From Proteromonas lacertae (lineage: Eukaryota), in assembly GCA_002245135.1 (NCBI GenBank), contig NGBS01000004.1:186001-250000 (forward strand): DNA of 64,000 nucleotides, given 5' to 3'. Below, piece by piece: positions 1 to 14,718 of this stretch; the first letter of the stretch is position 1, and each line of letters begins with the position of its first letter. Below the pieces are notes generated by a model. It was not told the DNA's origin. It did no database searches and worked only from the letters and a program-made list of their open reading frames with translations. A program made the position numbers and the translations under genes.

Positions 1-3000
1 ATCATTTCACCATAAATACCATCAATCACTGGAACATCGGGTAATGTCATATTAAACATATAAAATCTACCTTTTAATCTCTCAGGAATATCATTCTTAC
101 CACTTCCTGGATGATTAATTGCAGCTATATACTGTAATCCTTCAATTGTCTTCATATCGCCTCTTCTATCTTTATCTAAGAATGCAAACATATTCACTTC
201 TACTAATTGTCTTACTAATTCTAAGGTTGGTTGATCACCCCATTCATTAGGTTCAGGCATTGATAAATCATCCATAAATAATGTCATTTTTCTACCACCT
301 GGAGGTCCAAATGTTCTACCTCCTCTTTTATCTAATTCTGATTCAAAAGATGATTGGAATAATCCAGCTGTTGTTGCTGATGAGAAATTCATTCTCTTTA
401 CCATCATTGTGTCTGTTTCTACTTCTTCTAAAAACATCATACAAGTCGATGTCTTTGCTGTACCAGCACCACCTACTGTCATTGTTGGTTTATTCTTCTC
501 ATAGGAATGCTTTGATTAAAAACAATGATCTTGAACTATCAGCTGTTGGAACTAATAAAGTTGTATAATCAATATATGGTGTTTGTGGATATTCCCAAGG
601 TTCTGCTTTCCATAATTCCCAATCCATTGAATCTATATTGATATGATAATCATAGATCGTTTTAGCTGGATCGCCTTCTTTAGCTAATGGAGGCATTAAT
701 TTACTCTTTGTTCTTAAATATTCATCGAATTTTGTTCTATCTTCCAATTCTAATAATCCACCAACAGTCCAAGCTAATGCGAATAAAAACACTCTTTCTA
801 ATTCTTCTTTTAAATCATCAGTAGTTTGACTGAAATCACCATGCTGGATTAAGGATGATAATAATATACACATTGACTTGATTTTACCAACTCTACAGCA
901 TTTGATTGGTTCATTACATTTGGTTAATATAAATCTAAATGTTTCACCATATCTTGTTCCTTTATCTTGACCTATTATATTGGTGAAGAAATCATGCAAT
1001 ATTGGGCTATAATTCTCATTAATTGTCTTTAACCAAGCTTGAACAATTGGATACCAACCTAAATTACTTTCTGATACATAAATAATACCAGCTCTACTAA
1101 CAGTAGCAGGTGAAGCATTCTTTAAATTCTCAGCTTCAAACATAAGCTTGACATTATCAGTCATTGGAATACGATCACCATTAGCTAATGTTAATATCTT
1201 ATTATCATCTAATACAGAGTTCAAGTTTTCAATCCACAATGCATCAACTGGACCATCACAGATTAACCATCTTATATCTTTTCTTGTTCTATCATTATAT
1301 CTTTGCCATATTGAAGCAAATACACCATCTACCCATTCACCTGATAATCTATCAGTTTGACCAAACATTTCTTCAGCTAAAATAGCTTTTGGATTCATTC
1401 TTACATCTTTATGTGGAATACCTAAACTCAATGTTAATGCATCTTGTAAACTATCAATTGTGGCTGTTTTACCACTTCCAGCTGGACCAACTACCATTAT
1501 ACCATGTCTGACTAATACAGTTTCATATAATTGAACAATCTTAGCTACCCAAGGATCATGATGAATAAACTGCTTATTTTCAATTGCTTGTTTAATACAA
1601 TCTCTTAAATTACCAAAATCTTTAGCTGGTGGATCTCTACATCTTGGAAATAGATCTCTTAATAATGATAAGAACAATGGAACATCTTGTGCAACGAATT
1701 TAGATAAGTTCATATCTCGAAGTGTTCTCATTAATAACATATCTTCATCTTCTGCAGGATTATCACACTTTGTTTTACCAGCTGTTCTTAAAACAGATAA
1801 GATATTTCTTAAACCAAAATCATAATGTTTTTGTTTTGATAATTGTTCTTCACATAATCTATACAATACAGTGAATTTCTTGGATAAATCTGTAAAGTTT
1901 GTATAACCAACTGAACATAATTTCACTTTAATAATAATCTCTCTATCAGGTACCATCATAGCTACTGATCTGAACAAAGCTTTTAAGTTCTCAGGTAATT
2001 CTTGACGACCTTGATAACCAGGATTCATAGTTACAAAATAACCAACACTGTCTTTAAATGGAATAAGATGAGTTTCACCTGGGAAGTAGAATTGAGTAAC
2101 TTTCATCTTCTTTGCATTTGTCATAGCTAAGATCTGTTGTGCTGCAACTGATAATACTGGTAATTCAATACGATTAAATTCATCAAAACATCCCCATAAA
2201 CCACCTTGACATAAACCTTTGAATATCTTGGCTAAATCAGTATATCTCTGTTGATCAGTACAGTTTGTAACAACTACAAATAAACCTAAAGATCTTCCTA
2301 AATCTTTCACAGTTTCAGTCTTACCAGTACCAGCTGGACCTGCAGGAGCACCACCTAGATTCATACCTAATGCTTGAGATAATGTAATATAAGCTCTATC
2401 AGTTAAAGGTGTAACAACTAATCTTTCTTTACAACCTAAATACTCATAACGATATTTGAAACTAACATCACAGATTTGAATAACACAAGCTCCTTTTCCT
2501 AAGAAATCATCTTCATTGAATTTCCAATAGAATCTGACTTGTTTCATCCATTCAAAATCATTTGGACCACTGATTTTTCTTTCTTTATATAATCTAGACA
2601 TATCAGCAAATACATCTCTTTGATGTACTTGTATTGTAATTAATGTTTCTATCTTTGTTCTGTTCATTTTTGTTCCTAAATCAGTTAAACACCAAGATGA
2701 CATTTCTGATAAGATTGCCAATTGTTTCTTATTACAATCACTTACAGCTGTTTTATTCTGTTTAACAGTCAATAATGCTTCTTCACAATCAGCAGTCCAA
2801 CTTAATTGAATACCTAATAAAGCCAATTGACTGCATTGTTTATTCACGAAATCTTGTAAAGTCATATGACCAACATCAGATGCTGTTCTTACAGTTAATT
2901 TCTTCATTGTGTTTTGCATTGATAGTTCTAATACATTCAACCAATCTTCAATATTACCTTCAGCTGTAACTGTATCATACAATGAAATAACTTCTTCAGC

Positions 3001-6000
3001 ATCACCAAATAACTGTTTGATTTGTAAGATTTTGGATTTCTCTTTTTTATCATGCACAACTCTATCAATTGCATCAAATATTTTTTCATAATATGGTTGA
3101 ATACTTAATGGATCAGAACCTTGTGATAATATTTGAAGTAATACAGGATTTGATACAAAATAGAATCTTGGGAATTTTCCTCTCTTTTGTTCTAAATAGC
3201 CTTCTAATGACTTTTGGCATTTTTCTAATTCAACATGTAATAATGGTAAAGAATTCTTTAATAACTCATTACTACAACATTGAACCACGATCTGAGTTTC
3301 TTCAGCTTTTGCCATTAACTTAGACCAATCTTTATCCACTTTCATAAACTTCTTAGCTTCAATTGGCATTTGCCTAGCTATATCACCACCTGTAAATACA
3401 CTTTCTAATGAAGTCCACATCATTTGTACTTTAATCCATGAATTCAATATTTCAGCTGTTTCTGATAACTGAACTAACTTCATAGATGCATGTTCTTTGA
3501 ATGGACCAACATGCTTCATTGATAACATTGTCTGTAAACTCATTATGGAATCTTCGAGATCTTCTAATACTTGACCATATCCTTTTAATATAGATATTTT
3601 TCTATTCTTCCAAGGTGTAAATTGTAATACATAACTTGCCCATTTATCTTTACATTCACTCAATTTATTTTCAATTTCTAATTGTTTATCAGCACTATCT
3701 GCAATTTCTTCTAAATCGTCTTTGAATTGTAAGATATTTGCATCTAATAACACCTTCAATTTGAAGTTTGGTTCACCATCAACAGTTAATTTTGTACCTG
3801 TAATATCTTGAATAGCTTCCCAATGTCTTGGTTTCATTGATTCTTTACTCAATTCCTGTAATAATGGTAATACTTCTAAGAAATCAGTTATCTTCTGTCT
3901 TAATTCTCTATAAGCATCCCATTCTCTTAACTTATGTGGTAAACTTCTACATCTTTTATCAAATGATTCAATTGTAGTTGTCATATTGGCAATATCACTG
4001 ATTACATCATTCCAATTGATTCTATTGTATTGATCAATAGTTTCAACTACATCACGATATAATGTGTATAACTGATCTAATAATGTAATTTCTTTTCTTG
4101 TCTTTGTTAATTCTGGATAATCAACTGGTTTTAATGCAAATAATTCTTCTCCTCCTCTGTACTGTTCTAATTTCTTCTCTTTTATATCACATTCATTCTT
4201 AAATCTTCTTAATGAATCTAAAGCTTCTTTTGGTGTTATACCTTCTCTTGTTGGACCATGAACTAAATAATCATTTCTAAATGCAATAATATCAGCTTGG
4301 AACTGTTTAATATCAGCGATTAATTGACGTTTATAACCACCTTGGATTTGATTCAATTGATCAGCTATTTCATCAGAATATTCTATCAATTTCTTCCATT
4401 GACTTCTTATAACGGATCTTTGATCCATTTCTTCTTTTGTCATATAACCAGCTGGTAAATAGATTTCAATCATTTGATATAAGTCAAGTATTGGATTAAT
4501 AATCATTTCTATTGAAGATTCTTTTTCTCTCACTTCTTTTAATAATTCCATTACATATCTTAATGAATCTAAACTATCTACTTTTCTTCCTAACTTTGTA
4601 GTTGTTGATTTAATATAATCCAATAACTCAGTCATTTGACTTCTAGCTTGTTCATGTAAATTAGATGAATATAATATCTTCCACTGTCTACATTCATTCT
4701 TCAACTGTAATTTCAAGTTCTTTGTATTTAAATATAATGCTCCAATATTATGCATTGGTGTAATTGCATCAATCTCTTGTTCAATTGATAAGAATCTTCT
4801 CAATTCTTTCTCAAAGTCTTCTAAAGTGGGATTTTTAGTTAAAAATCTCTTATAAGCACCTTCTTTTGAATCTTTCCATAAATAATCATATTTCTTAAAT
4901 GTACTTAAATATTCAGATACCATATTCTTTGTACCATGAAATCCACCAGTTAATAACAAGCAAACTTGAACAATTTCTTTATCTTGACCAATTCTATTAA
5001 AGAATGGTACTTTTTGATCTTCTTCTACATCAGATTGATCCCAATCCCATACTTCTTGAGTAGCTCTTAATACAGCAATTGCAGCTTTATTCACTGTTCT
5101 TTGTATATCATCAACTGTTGGGAATAATCTAACTGATGGTACTGCTAATTGTACATCCACTTCAAAGAATGGTCTTTCTAAGAATAAAAATCCAGCACCA
5201 CTTTTAGAACACATTCTTTTCTTGATTGCATATAATGATTCTTTAGTTGCTTGTAATAATGATCTATACATTAATCCATTATAATGTTTAGTAACTCTAA
5301 TAATTTCTTGCTCAGAAACTGGTTCGATTGATGGATCAACAACTTTAAAACTTTTGACTAATGATAATAAATCAGATAATGCTGTTTCAATTTCTACATT
5401 CTTTGATTGTAAGAATAATGTCTTTTCATTCACATATATTTCCTGTTTTCTTACGAATTCATCTAATGTGTAAGATTCATTAGCTGGTAAATACACTAAC
5501 GACTGCTTACTAACAATCTTTAAGTTCTTCTCAATTCTATTCTCAGTGATATCATTGATAGTGGATATTAATTCTTCTAATCTTTTCAATGCATTTGTTA
5601 CAGTCACTTTATATGCATCAATATTCATTGAAGTCCATGTTAAAGTTAACATTCCTGGCTTTAACTTCATCTCAATATCATCTAAACATGGCTTTAATAG
5701 TTTCTCTGTAATTGGTAATACCATTTCTAATATTCTATCATAGTCATTTAATATATATGTTAATTCATCAAAATATCTCTTAAACTTATCTTCTTGTAAC
5801 ATAATAATTCTAGCATTCTCTGGTATTTGAATTCCCATTCTTGTTAAACACTTTGCTTCACGTATTAATTGGAATATTTCACTATCAAAGTTTACATATA
5901 ATTGGCATGTTTCTGGGTGTTTAACTATCAAAGTGGCGGTTAATCCTGCTGTAGCTTTATTTATACTATTACACCAAGCTTCATACCATAAATATTCAAA

Positions 6001-7956
6001 TGCAACTAGCGTTCTAGCGATTTTATTGTATAATTTCACTATTTTCTTAGATTCTTTACTACTTAATACAGTTGTATTAGATTCAAATTTTCTCATTGGA
6101 TCTTCAATTCTTTTTAACAAATGCCTACTCCACATTATATTGCCAGCTACAGGAGGCATAAATCTAGAAACAGGTGGATTAGATTTGAATTTTTCATACA
6201 ATTCTTGAACATTCTGTAACTCCAAACCATAATTATGAAAGATTACAGAGAATTTTGAATCTAAATCATTCTTTAACGACTCTCTTTTTATAATACTTTG
6301 GAATTTTCTTAATAGATTCAAACTATTGTCAATACTGGTAATACTTTCAAATGATTCGTTAATAAATTGTTGTAATGACGCTTCTAAATCACATATTCTT
6401 ACATTAAACTGAACAAAATCTCTATCAAACTTGTTATTATGATAATCTAATAAATCATGTCTTTGTAACTTAAATTCTTCAATTATTCTAAAGAAATTGC
6501 TTAATAAATTATCTAATCCTTCTAATTTATGTTCTTCTAACGCTTTAAATTGTTGTATTGTAGAATACATATCAATTAATTTCACTAACCTTCTACAAAA
6601 TAAATCAAATTTACCAAATATCTGAGCTTCGCTAAAATCAAATTGTTTTCCTTTTGGTATTGCTAATAACTTCTCTTTAGTTATTTTGTACTGCTCTTGA
6701 TAACATTCATTCAACTTTAAACATTGCTCCATTCTATCAATTATCTTACCTGGTTCATCTTCCCATAATATATCATTATTATCACCATGTAATATATACT
6801 TCTTACAATTCGTAATCATCTGATTGGTTATTTTCATAAACAAATTAGTCATTCTTTCAGTTGTATTATAATATCTTGCAATGGTATGAATCATCTTTAT
6901 ACTGTTTAATAAAGATGGTAATGTTTCAATAATTGTACTAGGTTCATCATTATATAATGGTTCAATAAACTTATCTAAGGTTTGTAAATACTTTACATTA
7001 TCTTTTGCTTCATTAGTTGCTTCTGTTATGTTAATATCAATTTGTTTCCATCTTCTTAGTAATTGGTTAATTTCATGTTTTAATGGTCCTTCTAATGGAT
7101 TCTTCGAGGCTGCTGTCAAGGTACTTAATACAATTTTACATTCTTTTGTTCTTACTTGTTCCATAACTGATGATAATTTCTGCATTCTTTGTCTCCAATA
7201 TTCCAATTCTGTACTTGGTCCTGCATTACTGTCTTCACTAGTAGCAGTATAATCATCCAAATATTCCTCAGTCTGAGATATCCAATCATTGACTAAAGCT
7301 ACAAAGTGAGATAAAGTAGCACCTTCTGTTGACATTTGAACTGCAGTTTTTAATTCAATTTGAAATTGTTTATCTGGTTTTCTTAATTCCAAACCGGTTA
7401 ATAAACCATTCAACGAGTCTTTTATACAGTCTGCGAATCTGTCAATTTTGTATAAGAAATCTTGAACTTGGATCTGGATCACAACTTCCCCAAGTTTCTT
7501 TTGCATCAAATAATGGTTTATAGAATGTACTGATTTCATTCTTTAAGGTTTGTAATGGATTTGCATCAACTATACCGTATAATATAGCATCATCATCAGC
7601 TACTGTTGTATCTAACTCTTTTGTTGGATATTTGTCATTTCTTAAGAAATAAACTGCTGTTGATTTTATCTTACACTCTGTTCCAACTGTAGCAAATAAT
7701 TCTGGTAATGGGGGTTCAGCATCCTAATTATAATATAATAAGCTAAAATATAATATACTGGATTATCTGGATCTGGTTCATACGTAGTTTGGTAATAATA
7801 AAATAATCTTGGAGGTCCAGTGCCTCTAATAAATCGATTTAGCTTAGCTAATGATTTTTCTTCTCTAAAAGCAGTTTCTACCATACCTTCGTCATTTATA
7901 CCTAGCAAAGAGTCTACTTTCTGAATCATCCATCTTTGCCGTGCTTGAAAAGCCAT
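1..7956 (-). CDS. Axonemal outer-arm dynein heavy chain (DNAH5/DNAH8, gamma type); 3' part runs off the left edge
   Basis: N-terminal tail motifs ELEYWRQRM and ITEATNEAKDNVKYL; P-loops GPAGTGKT, GPAGSGKT and, after a frameshift, GGAGTAKT; RTFGPPGGRKMTLFMDDLSMP and WGDQPTLELVRQL near the left edge. ATG 7956, one 35-nt intron near 7724-7758, single extra bases near 7470 and 504. Confidence 0.93.
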
Positions 7957-8188
7957 AAAATAGTGTTTTTCAAATAATAACGAAAAAAATGATCAAACTT
8001 TGGCTTGATTTTATATTCAAAAATATTCTATGATGTAGTGTGTATTTACATTTGAAAATAAGAAATAATCATTACTATGACTGTAAATATTTCAATGCAT
8101 AAGAAAGAGTAAGTAGCCATTATAGAATATCCAAAAACAAAAAAATATATTCGTTTCAAAAGTCATTTGCTTCTTTTTTTCTCGATTT

Positions 8189-10018
8189 ATGGCTGATATT
8201 ATAGATACTGCAAATAACTACATTACTTGGGATCCTATTCCCGAATCTGCTGAAGAGATTAAACAACTGGTAGAGAAGAAGGACTTGGATGAGTTAAAGA
8301 ATATACTAGGAACACGTATAGAATTTGGCACAGCTGGTATATTATTTTTTTTTATTTTAAGGTTTGAGAGGTAAAATGGCAGCTGGTTACAAATACATTA
8401 ATGGTTTGACAGTTTTGCAAACTACACAAGTATTAGTTTATTTATATTAAAATAGGGTCTTGTTGCATATATAATAGAAAAATTTGGATTGGTTGAATGT
8501 ATTAAAAGAGGTGTTGTGATTGGATATGATCATCGTGAATATGGACCAATATCCTCAGAAAAACTAGCTTTAATTGCTACAGCTGTCTTCATGTCAAAAG
8601 GAATTCCAGTCAGGTTATACAATCAAGTAGTCTGCACACCCTTAGTACCTTTTGGTATATTACATTACAACTGTATATGTGGTATAATGATGACTGCATC
8701 TCATAATCCCCAAAAAGATAATGGATATAAATTGTATTACTATAACGGCAGTCAGATCATCTCACCAGTAGATGCAGATATATCTGCATTAATTCCAAAG
8801 AACTTAGAACCATGGATCAACTACGAATGGCAAAAAGTAAGAGAAAATGAGTTATATATAAACTGTACAGATGAAACAATTGATGCTTATATTAGCAAAA
8901 TCAAAGATTCATTGTGTTATAGATTCGATCAAAACTCTGTAGATCCATTACCTATTGTATATACAGCAATGCATGGAGTAGGTACAAAATTTATGTTAAA
9001 AGCATTTGCATCCTTCAATATTCCATCACCATTACTTGTAACTGAACAGATTGATCCTGATCCTTTATTCCCTACAGTGAAATACCCAAATCCTGAAGAA
9101 GGTGAATCTGCATTTCATTTATCTATTGATTTTGCTGATAAACATCATATACCCTTTGTAATTGCCAATGATCCTGATGCTGATCGATTCGCTATAGCTG
9201 AAAAGATAGATAATAAGTGGAAAATCTATCATGGAAATAGTATTGGTATTCTATTCGCTGATTGGATGTTAAATCAATGGAGAAAACATAATCCCAATGG
9301 AAATATTAGTAAAGTAGCAATGGTAAACAGTACAGTGAGTAGTAAAATGATTAAAAAGATGGCAGAAACTGAAGGATTTCATTTTGAAGAAGTATTAACA
9401 GGTTTTAAATGGATTGGTAATAAAACTACAGAATTAAGAAATAATGGTTATACCGTGTTATTCTCATATGAAGAAGCTATTGGTTATTGTATTGGTGATA
9501 TTGTCCCAGATAAAGATGGGATTAGTGCAGCAGCTGTAATGGCTGAAATGTATAATGAATATAAACATAATGGTGAAACTATTAATGATCATCTTAATAA
9601 GTTATTTGAAAAATATGGTTATTATGTAAGTAATAATAGTTATGTATTTAATGATAATCCTGAGATGACTGTGAAATGTTTTGATAATATAAGAAATAAT
9701 GGTAAATACTTATTTGCTATGGGTGATTATATAATTCAGAATATTAGAGATTTGACTATTGGATTTGATAGTGCAACTGATAATCATAAACCTGTTTTAC
9801 CTGTTTCAAAGTCTACTCAAATGATTACTTTTCAATTTACTAATGGATGTACAATTACCTTAAGAACCAGTGGTACAGAACCAAAGATTAAATATTATAT
9901 TGATTATTATGATAGTAGTTATGAAAAAGCTAAAGCTGAAAGTGAAAAGATTGCCAATGCTTTGATTGATATTGTTATTTGTCCAGATCAATATGGTTTT
10001 AAACGTCGTGAAACTTAA
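8189..10018 (+). CDS. PGM2: Phosphoglucomutase-2 / phosphopentomutase
   Basis: FGTAGLRG (across intron 8337-8361), TASHNP, DPDADR, FSYEEAIG and RTSGTEPKIKYY; second intron 8430-8455. Confidence 0.92.
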
Positions 10019-10136
10019 TTGTAAAGATGATTCTTTATTATAAATTATTATCATTCTTTTCTTGATAATATTTTTTTTATTTTTATTGTAAAAACCAATA
10101 ACAACATATAAAATAAAATTAAAATCCTAATTCTGA

Positions 10137-13100
10137 CTAATTCCATGCAGTTTTGGGTTTTAAAGGAGGAAGTTTTTCATCATCATCTTCAATTTGAGGT
10201 GGTGTTGGTATAAATGGATCATTCTCTGGTTGATTTACTCTTTCATCCACTTTCTTCTTTCTATTTTGATTTAATAATATAACATTATCATCTACTTCCT
10301 CTTTTTTCTTATCATCATTACTACTCAATCTCCTTCTCTTAATCTTGATTATTACTTTCTTTTTATTCCTATACATTCCATAAACTACAACTATTACCAA
10401 TAACACAAATAAAACTGATGATACTATTATTACTATATTCATCCACATTGGTAATTTGTTACAATTGGCTGGATTTGATGTATATTCTGATGGTTTTTCC
10501 ACCAATTCTATTGATTCTATATAATTCTGAGTATTGGATAAAGAGAGAATAAAAGTCTCATTTACTTCATTCATTACATTCACTGGACTAGAATATGTAT
10601 GTTTTGTTATTTCATCCATTCCTTCAAAATTCTCAGTTGAAGAATAGATATATTCATTGTCTGACAAGGATAAAAAGTGATGATTATCATTTTTATAATC
10701 AATCTCTATTCTAAGGTTATATATATTCTCTTCTTTCTTAGAGGATAAACTAAAAAATCTATCAAACACTTTATATATGTTGCTATTATCACTTGCATAT
10801 ATTAGACTCTTTTCATCTGAAACATCATCCAAATGAAACATCATATTTGAATAGCTTACTATACTATCATCACTATCTCCTTTAATAACAACTTTGGATG
10901 AAAAATATTCAACATTATCAGTTAAATTATCAATCATTAGAAAATGAGTATCATTAATATAAGTAAAAGTAATTTCAACTTGATCATATATTGATTCGTC
11001 TATTGATACTTTTGATAGACATTCTTCAAATGTGCATACTATATCATCTATTTTATCATAAAATTGACTTTTCTTTTTGTCTAAATTCACAAGTTCAATT
11101 ACTTTTTCTAAATAAGTATAACATGAATGAGTTTATACTTTTATCATCTTCATTAATTGTACAATAAGAATAAACATACTTAATTTCTGGTGTTTTATAT
11201 ATTGGATGTGAATAATTCTTATAAATGTATATAAACTGTGATTCAGTAATGAAAAATCCTCTATAAATACTGTTCAAGGACATATCACCTCTTCCAATAA
11301 ACTTAACATTATTCACAAGTTTTTCTTCATCATTACCATCTTCTTTATCTTCTCTCACCGAATAAAGAAGTCTATTATTTGAATTGAAACATTGATTAGA
11401 CAAAAATCTATTCATTTCAATAAACTGATTATGCGATTTTGTTTGATAATTCTCAATAATTTTTGATATATTTGTAGTTATTAAGCTGTAAGCTATAAAC
11501 AATACATTAATTATTATAACTATAATATATACATATCTTAGGATAACGAATATATATATTTAATATCAACGATTCTAGCCAGTAATAATAATCAGAACCA
11601 TATTTATCTACACAATAAATGCCATTATTATCAACTGAAATAGTAAAACATTTGTTTATGGTTGTTGGACCAATAAGATATGTTGAGTCTTTTTTATTCA
11701 TAAACTGTGTAATATTTTCTACTTCAATATCTAAATATGACTCATTTGTTGTTATTAAATAATAATAACCAGGAGTAATGCCAGAATATACTTCATTAGT
11801 ATTATTCACTTTATATTTACCAAATGTATGTGATAATAGCTGTTTAGACTTTAATTTCAACTTGCATAACACATTGTTGTTAATAATGTCGTTATATTTC
11901 ATTGCAGTAAGTTGAAATGATATTACATCAGATTCTATTTTCACCATTTTCTTCTGAACGCTTAAATGTAAAGTGAAAGGAAATATATAAACACTAGAAG
12001 CAATGTATTTTTCTAATTCTTTACATATTATTTCTTCATTATATTGATATTCATTATAATCTTCACTACATCCTACTTTTTGAAGTGTTGAATTTGATAA
12101 TAGATAAGTAGATTTGTCTTTATCAAATGATGATACAATGATTTCTTGTGAAAATGTTTCTATCTTGTAAATAAGCTTAAATACATCATAATCATCATCA
12201 TCATCATTAGTTTTTATTATTTTTATCACTGTAAATGTAGAATCATTCAACATACAATAATACCTCGTTTTTGATTTTTTGTTTTGTTCAACAGGTGTAA
12301 AATATCCATCAAAATGATTGTTTCTTAAAATATTATCTTTATATTCCTCTAATTGTGTTTTGAGATTATCTATAAACTGAGTATAGGACGTATAGGATGA
12401 TTTTAAACTGAATGGGTAAGTTTTTATCATATTATTATCTGAGTTTCTTTCATACAATGTATCAATACTACTACCATTTAAATAGTAATAGTTATTCTGA
12501 ACAAAACTGTAATTGTTTCTTTTATTCAATTCCAATAAAGGAAAATCTATTGCTATATTCTTTTCCTTATGAAATACATTAACTAAGAAAATATTGTTGA
12601 TAAAAAGTTTCATATATTCATTGTCCATTAAATAGAATGAAGCTTCTGTTGGTATTGATTGGAAATAGATTGTTTTAAGATTAACTAATTCATTGCTTAT
12701 TATGGAAGAATCTAAATATACATAAAACACTATTAATACTTAATCTTTTTAATATCTGAATAGGAGATGTATTTAATATAATTTCTGTGGGTTTAATTGT
12801 TATATCAATATTTAACTTAAACTCTGATTTACAATACTTTCTATACAAAAACTCACATATATTCTCTAAATCTCTATACATCAAAATAATACATTTATTT
12901 ATACTGACAACTGTAAAAATAAGATGATAAATGACATAGAGATATATCTGAATCATATAATCTGGCTGATTCTGATATTATATACCCAGATAATTCATTA
13001 TTCAAACCATTAATTGTTATTTCTCTACTACAATCATCATGATTTGATTTGATTCTACTTCTAGTTATATTATAATAATGTCTACTATATAATAATGTTT

Positions 13101-14476
13101 CATTTATTGTTTTTACTATTTTTACATAGAAATTATTTGTCAGAAACAACCCTATATATCCATAATCCTTAGAATATTCTTCATATTTTGATCCAATATC
13201 AATTTCAGTATTATCACTATCTGGAAAATAGTATATTGGAATATCAGGTGCAATTGTTGATGGTATAACCGAATTCTTTTCTAATTTTTCATATTTATTA
13301 GATAAATCTTTCAACAAACCTTTATTAAACTCATCAATATGATTTTTTAGTTTCTCCTTTGCATTGCTTACTTTATCATACATTTGAACTTCAAATCCTG
13401 TAGAAAACACACTCAATAGTGATCCAAAATCATAATGAAATGAACAAAATCCTGAATTTTCCTTTGTAGACATTTTTATACATGTTAAATTATAAGACTG
13501 GCTAATATACACAGAATATTCATCTATAGAGGATAAACATTTAATGAATAGATACAATTCACTTTTATATCAATAAGTTCTTCATTTTCATATATATAAC
13601 TATTGTCATTGTATATTCTATATATTTCTTTGTTAAAAATTCCATTTAACGGAAATGAAGATGATAAAATATTCAATGATTCTGTAGAATAAAAATGAAG
13701 ATCTTCATTCTGAATCAACCTATTACAAGTCGATATTGCTATATATATAACAATGTAGATATATATATATATACTATTTTGATTGTAATTTGACAATAAC
13801 AATTTAGTAAGCTTATTATCCTTCTCATTCTTTATATAATAATAGAAAGTATTTCCATCCCATTCAATTGAGTTAATTGTATTTGATTCAACTAATTTAT
13901 CTACATATTTGCTCACTGCAGTACAGAATTCTTTAATTTCTCTATATTGATGATTATTAGATATGTATTTGATATACTTATAATTGTAGACATGATTTGT
14001 TTGAGGTAAATTCATACATTTTTCTGATTTGAATATTTCTATCTCTTTCTCTGAAAATCCCCATAAACTTTCTTCCATCAGTAAGTTTATTACATTAGCA
14101 TGCATCAATGATTTGTTATATGAATTAGTCAGGAAAGGTGCGTCAGTTAAAAAACATAATTTCATTATATTTGTATTGACATCATTTTCAAAAAATATAA
14201 TTTCACATAACATGGTACTATTGTATATAAATAATAGAGGATTTGTATCTTTCGATAATCCATATCCAACAGGAATAATCTCGCCATAATCATCAATCAT
14301 CCTTTCTATTGACATTTTATCATTAATAACATTTCGATTTACACAACATTTATCTTTTATACTTCTTAGTGACGATAAATTGGCACATGTAAAACAATCT
14401 ATAATATATTAATTATAATAATACTTATAGTTAATAAAACGTAAAATATAATGGAGTTATGGCATATTAAATACAT
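10137..14476 (-). CDS. Uncharacterised type I membrane protein of about 1370 aa (8 exons)
   Basis: Six adjacent ORFs join in frame through seven GT-AG introns of 26-40 nt. Hydrophobic N-terminus MYLICHNSIIFYVLLTI; one TM helix MWMNIVIIVSSVLFVLLVIVVVYGMY followed by basic RNKKKVIIKIKRRR. Confidence 0.72.
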
Positions 14477-14718
14477 AAAAGAAAAAAGAAAAATTAAAAA
14501 ATTGGGTGTATCAAAAATTTTGGTATAAAAAATCAAAATTCTTTCTTAATTTAAATATTCATAAACTATACATATCTTAATAAAAAAACATGTTAGGCTT
14601 TATAAGCTATGCTATTTATATAACTTTACAAACATAAAAAAAGTATTTGTAAAAGAATAACATAAAACAGAATTAATTAATAAGAAGATATAATAATATT
14701 ATAACAAAAACACTAATA

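Noticed and set aside
499..505. Euplotes-like programmed +1 frameshifting at CTA-TGA in dynein
   Set aside because: The other +1 sites (7470, 55175) have no adjacent stop or shared slippery motif, and each is explained by one doubled base.
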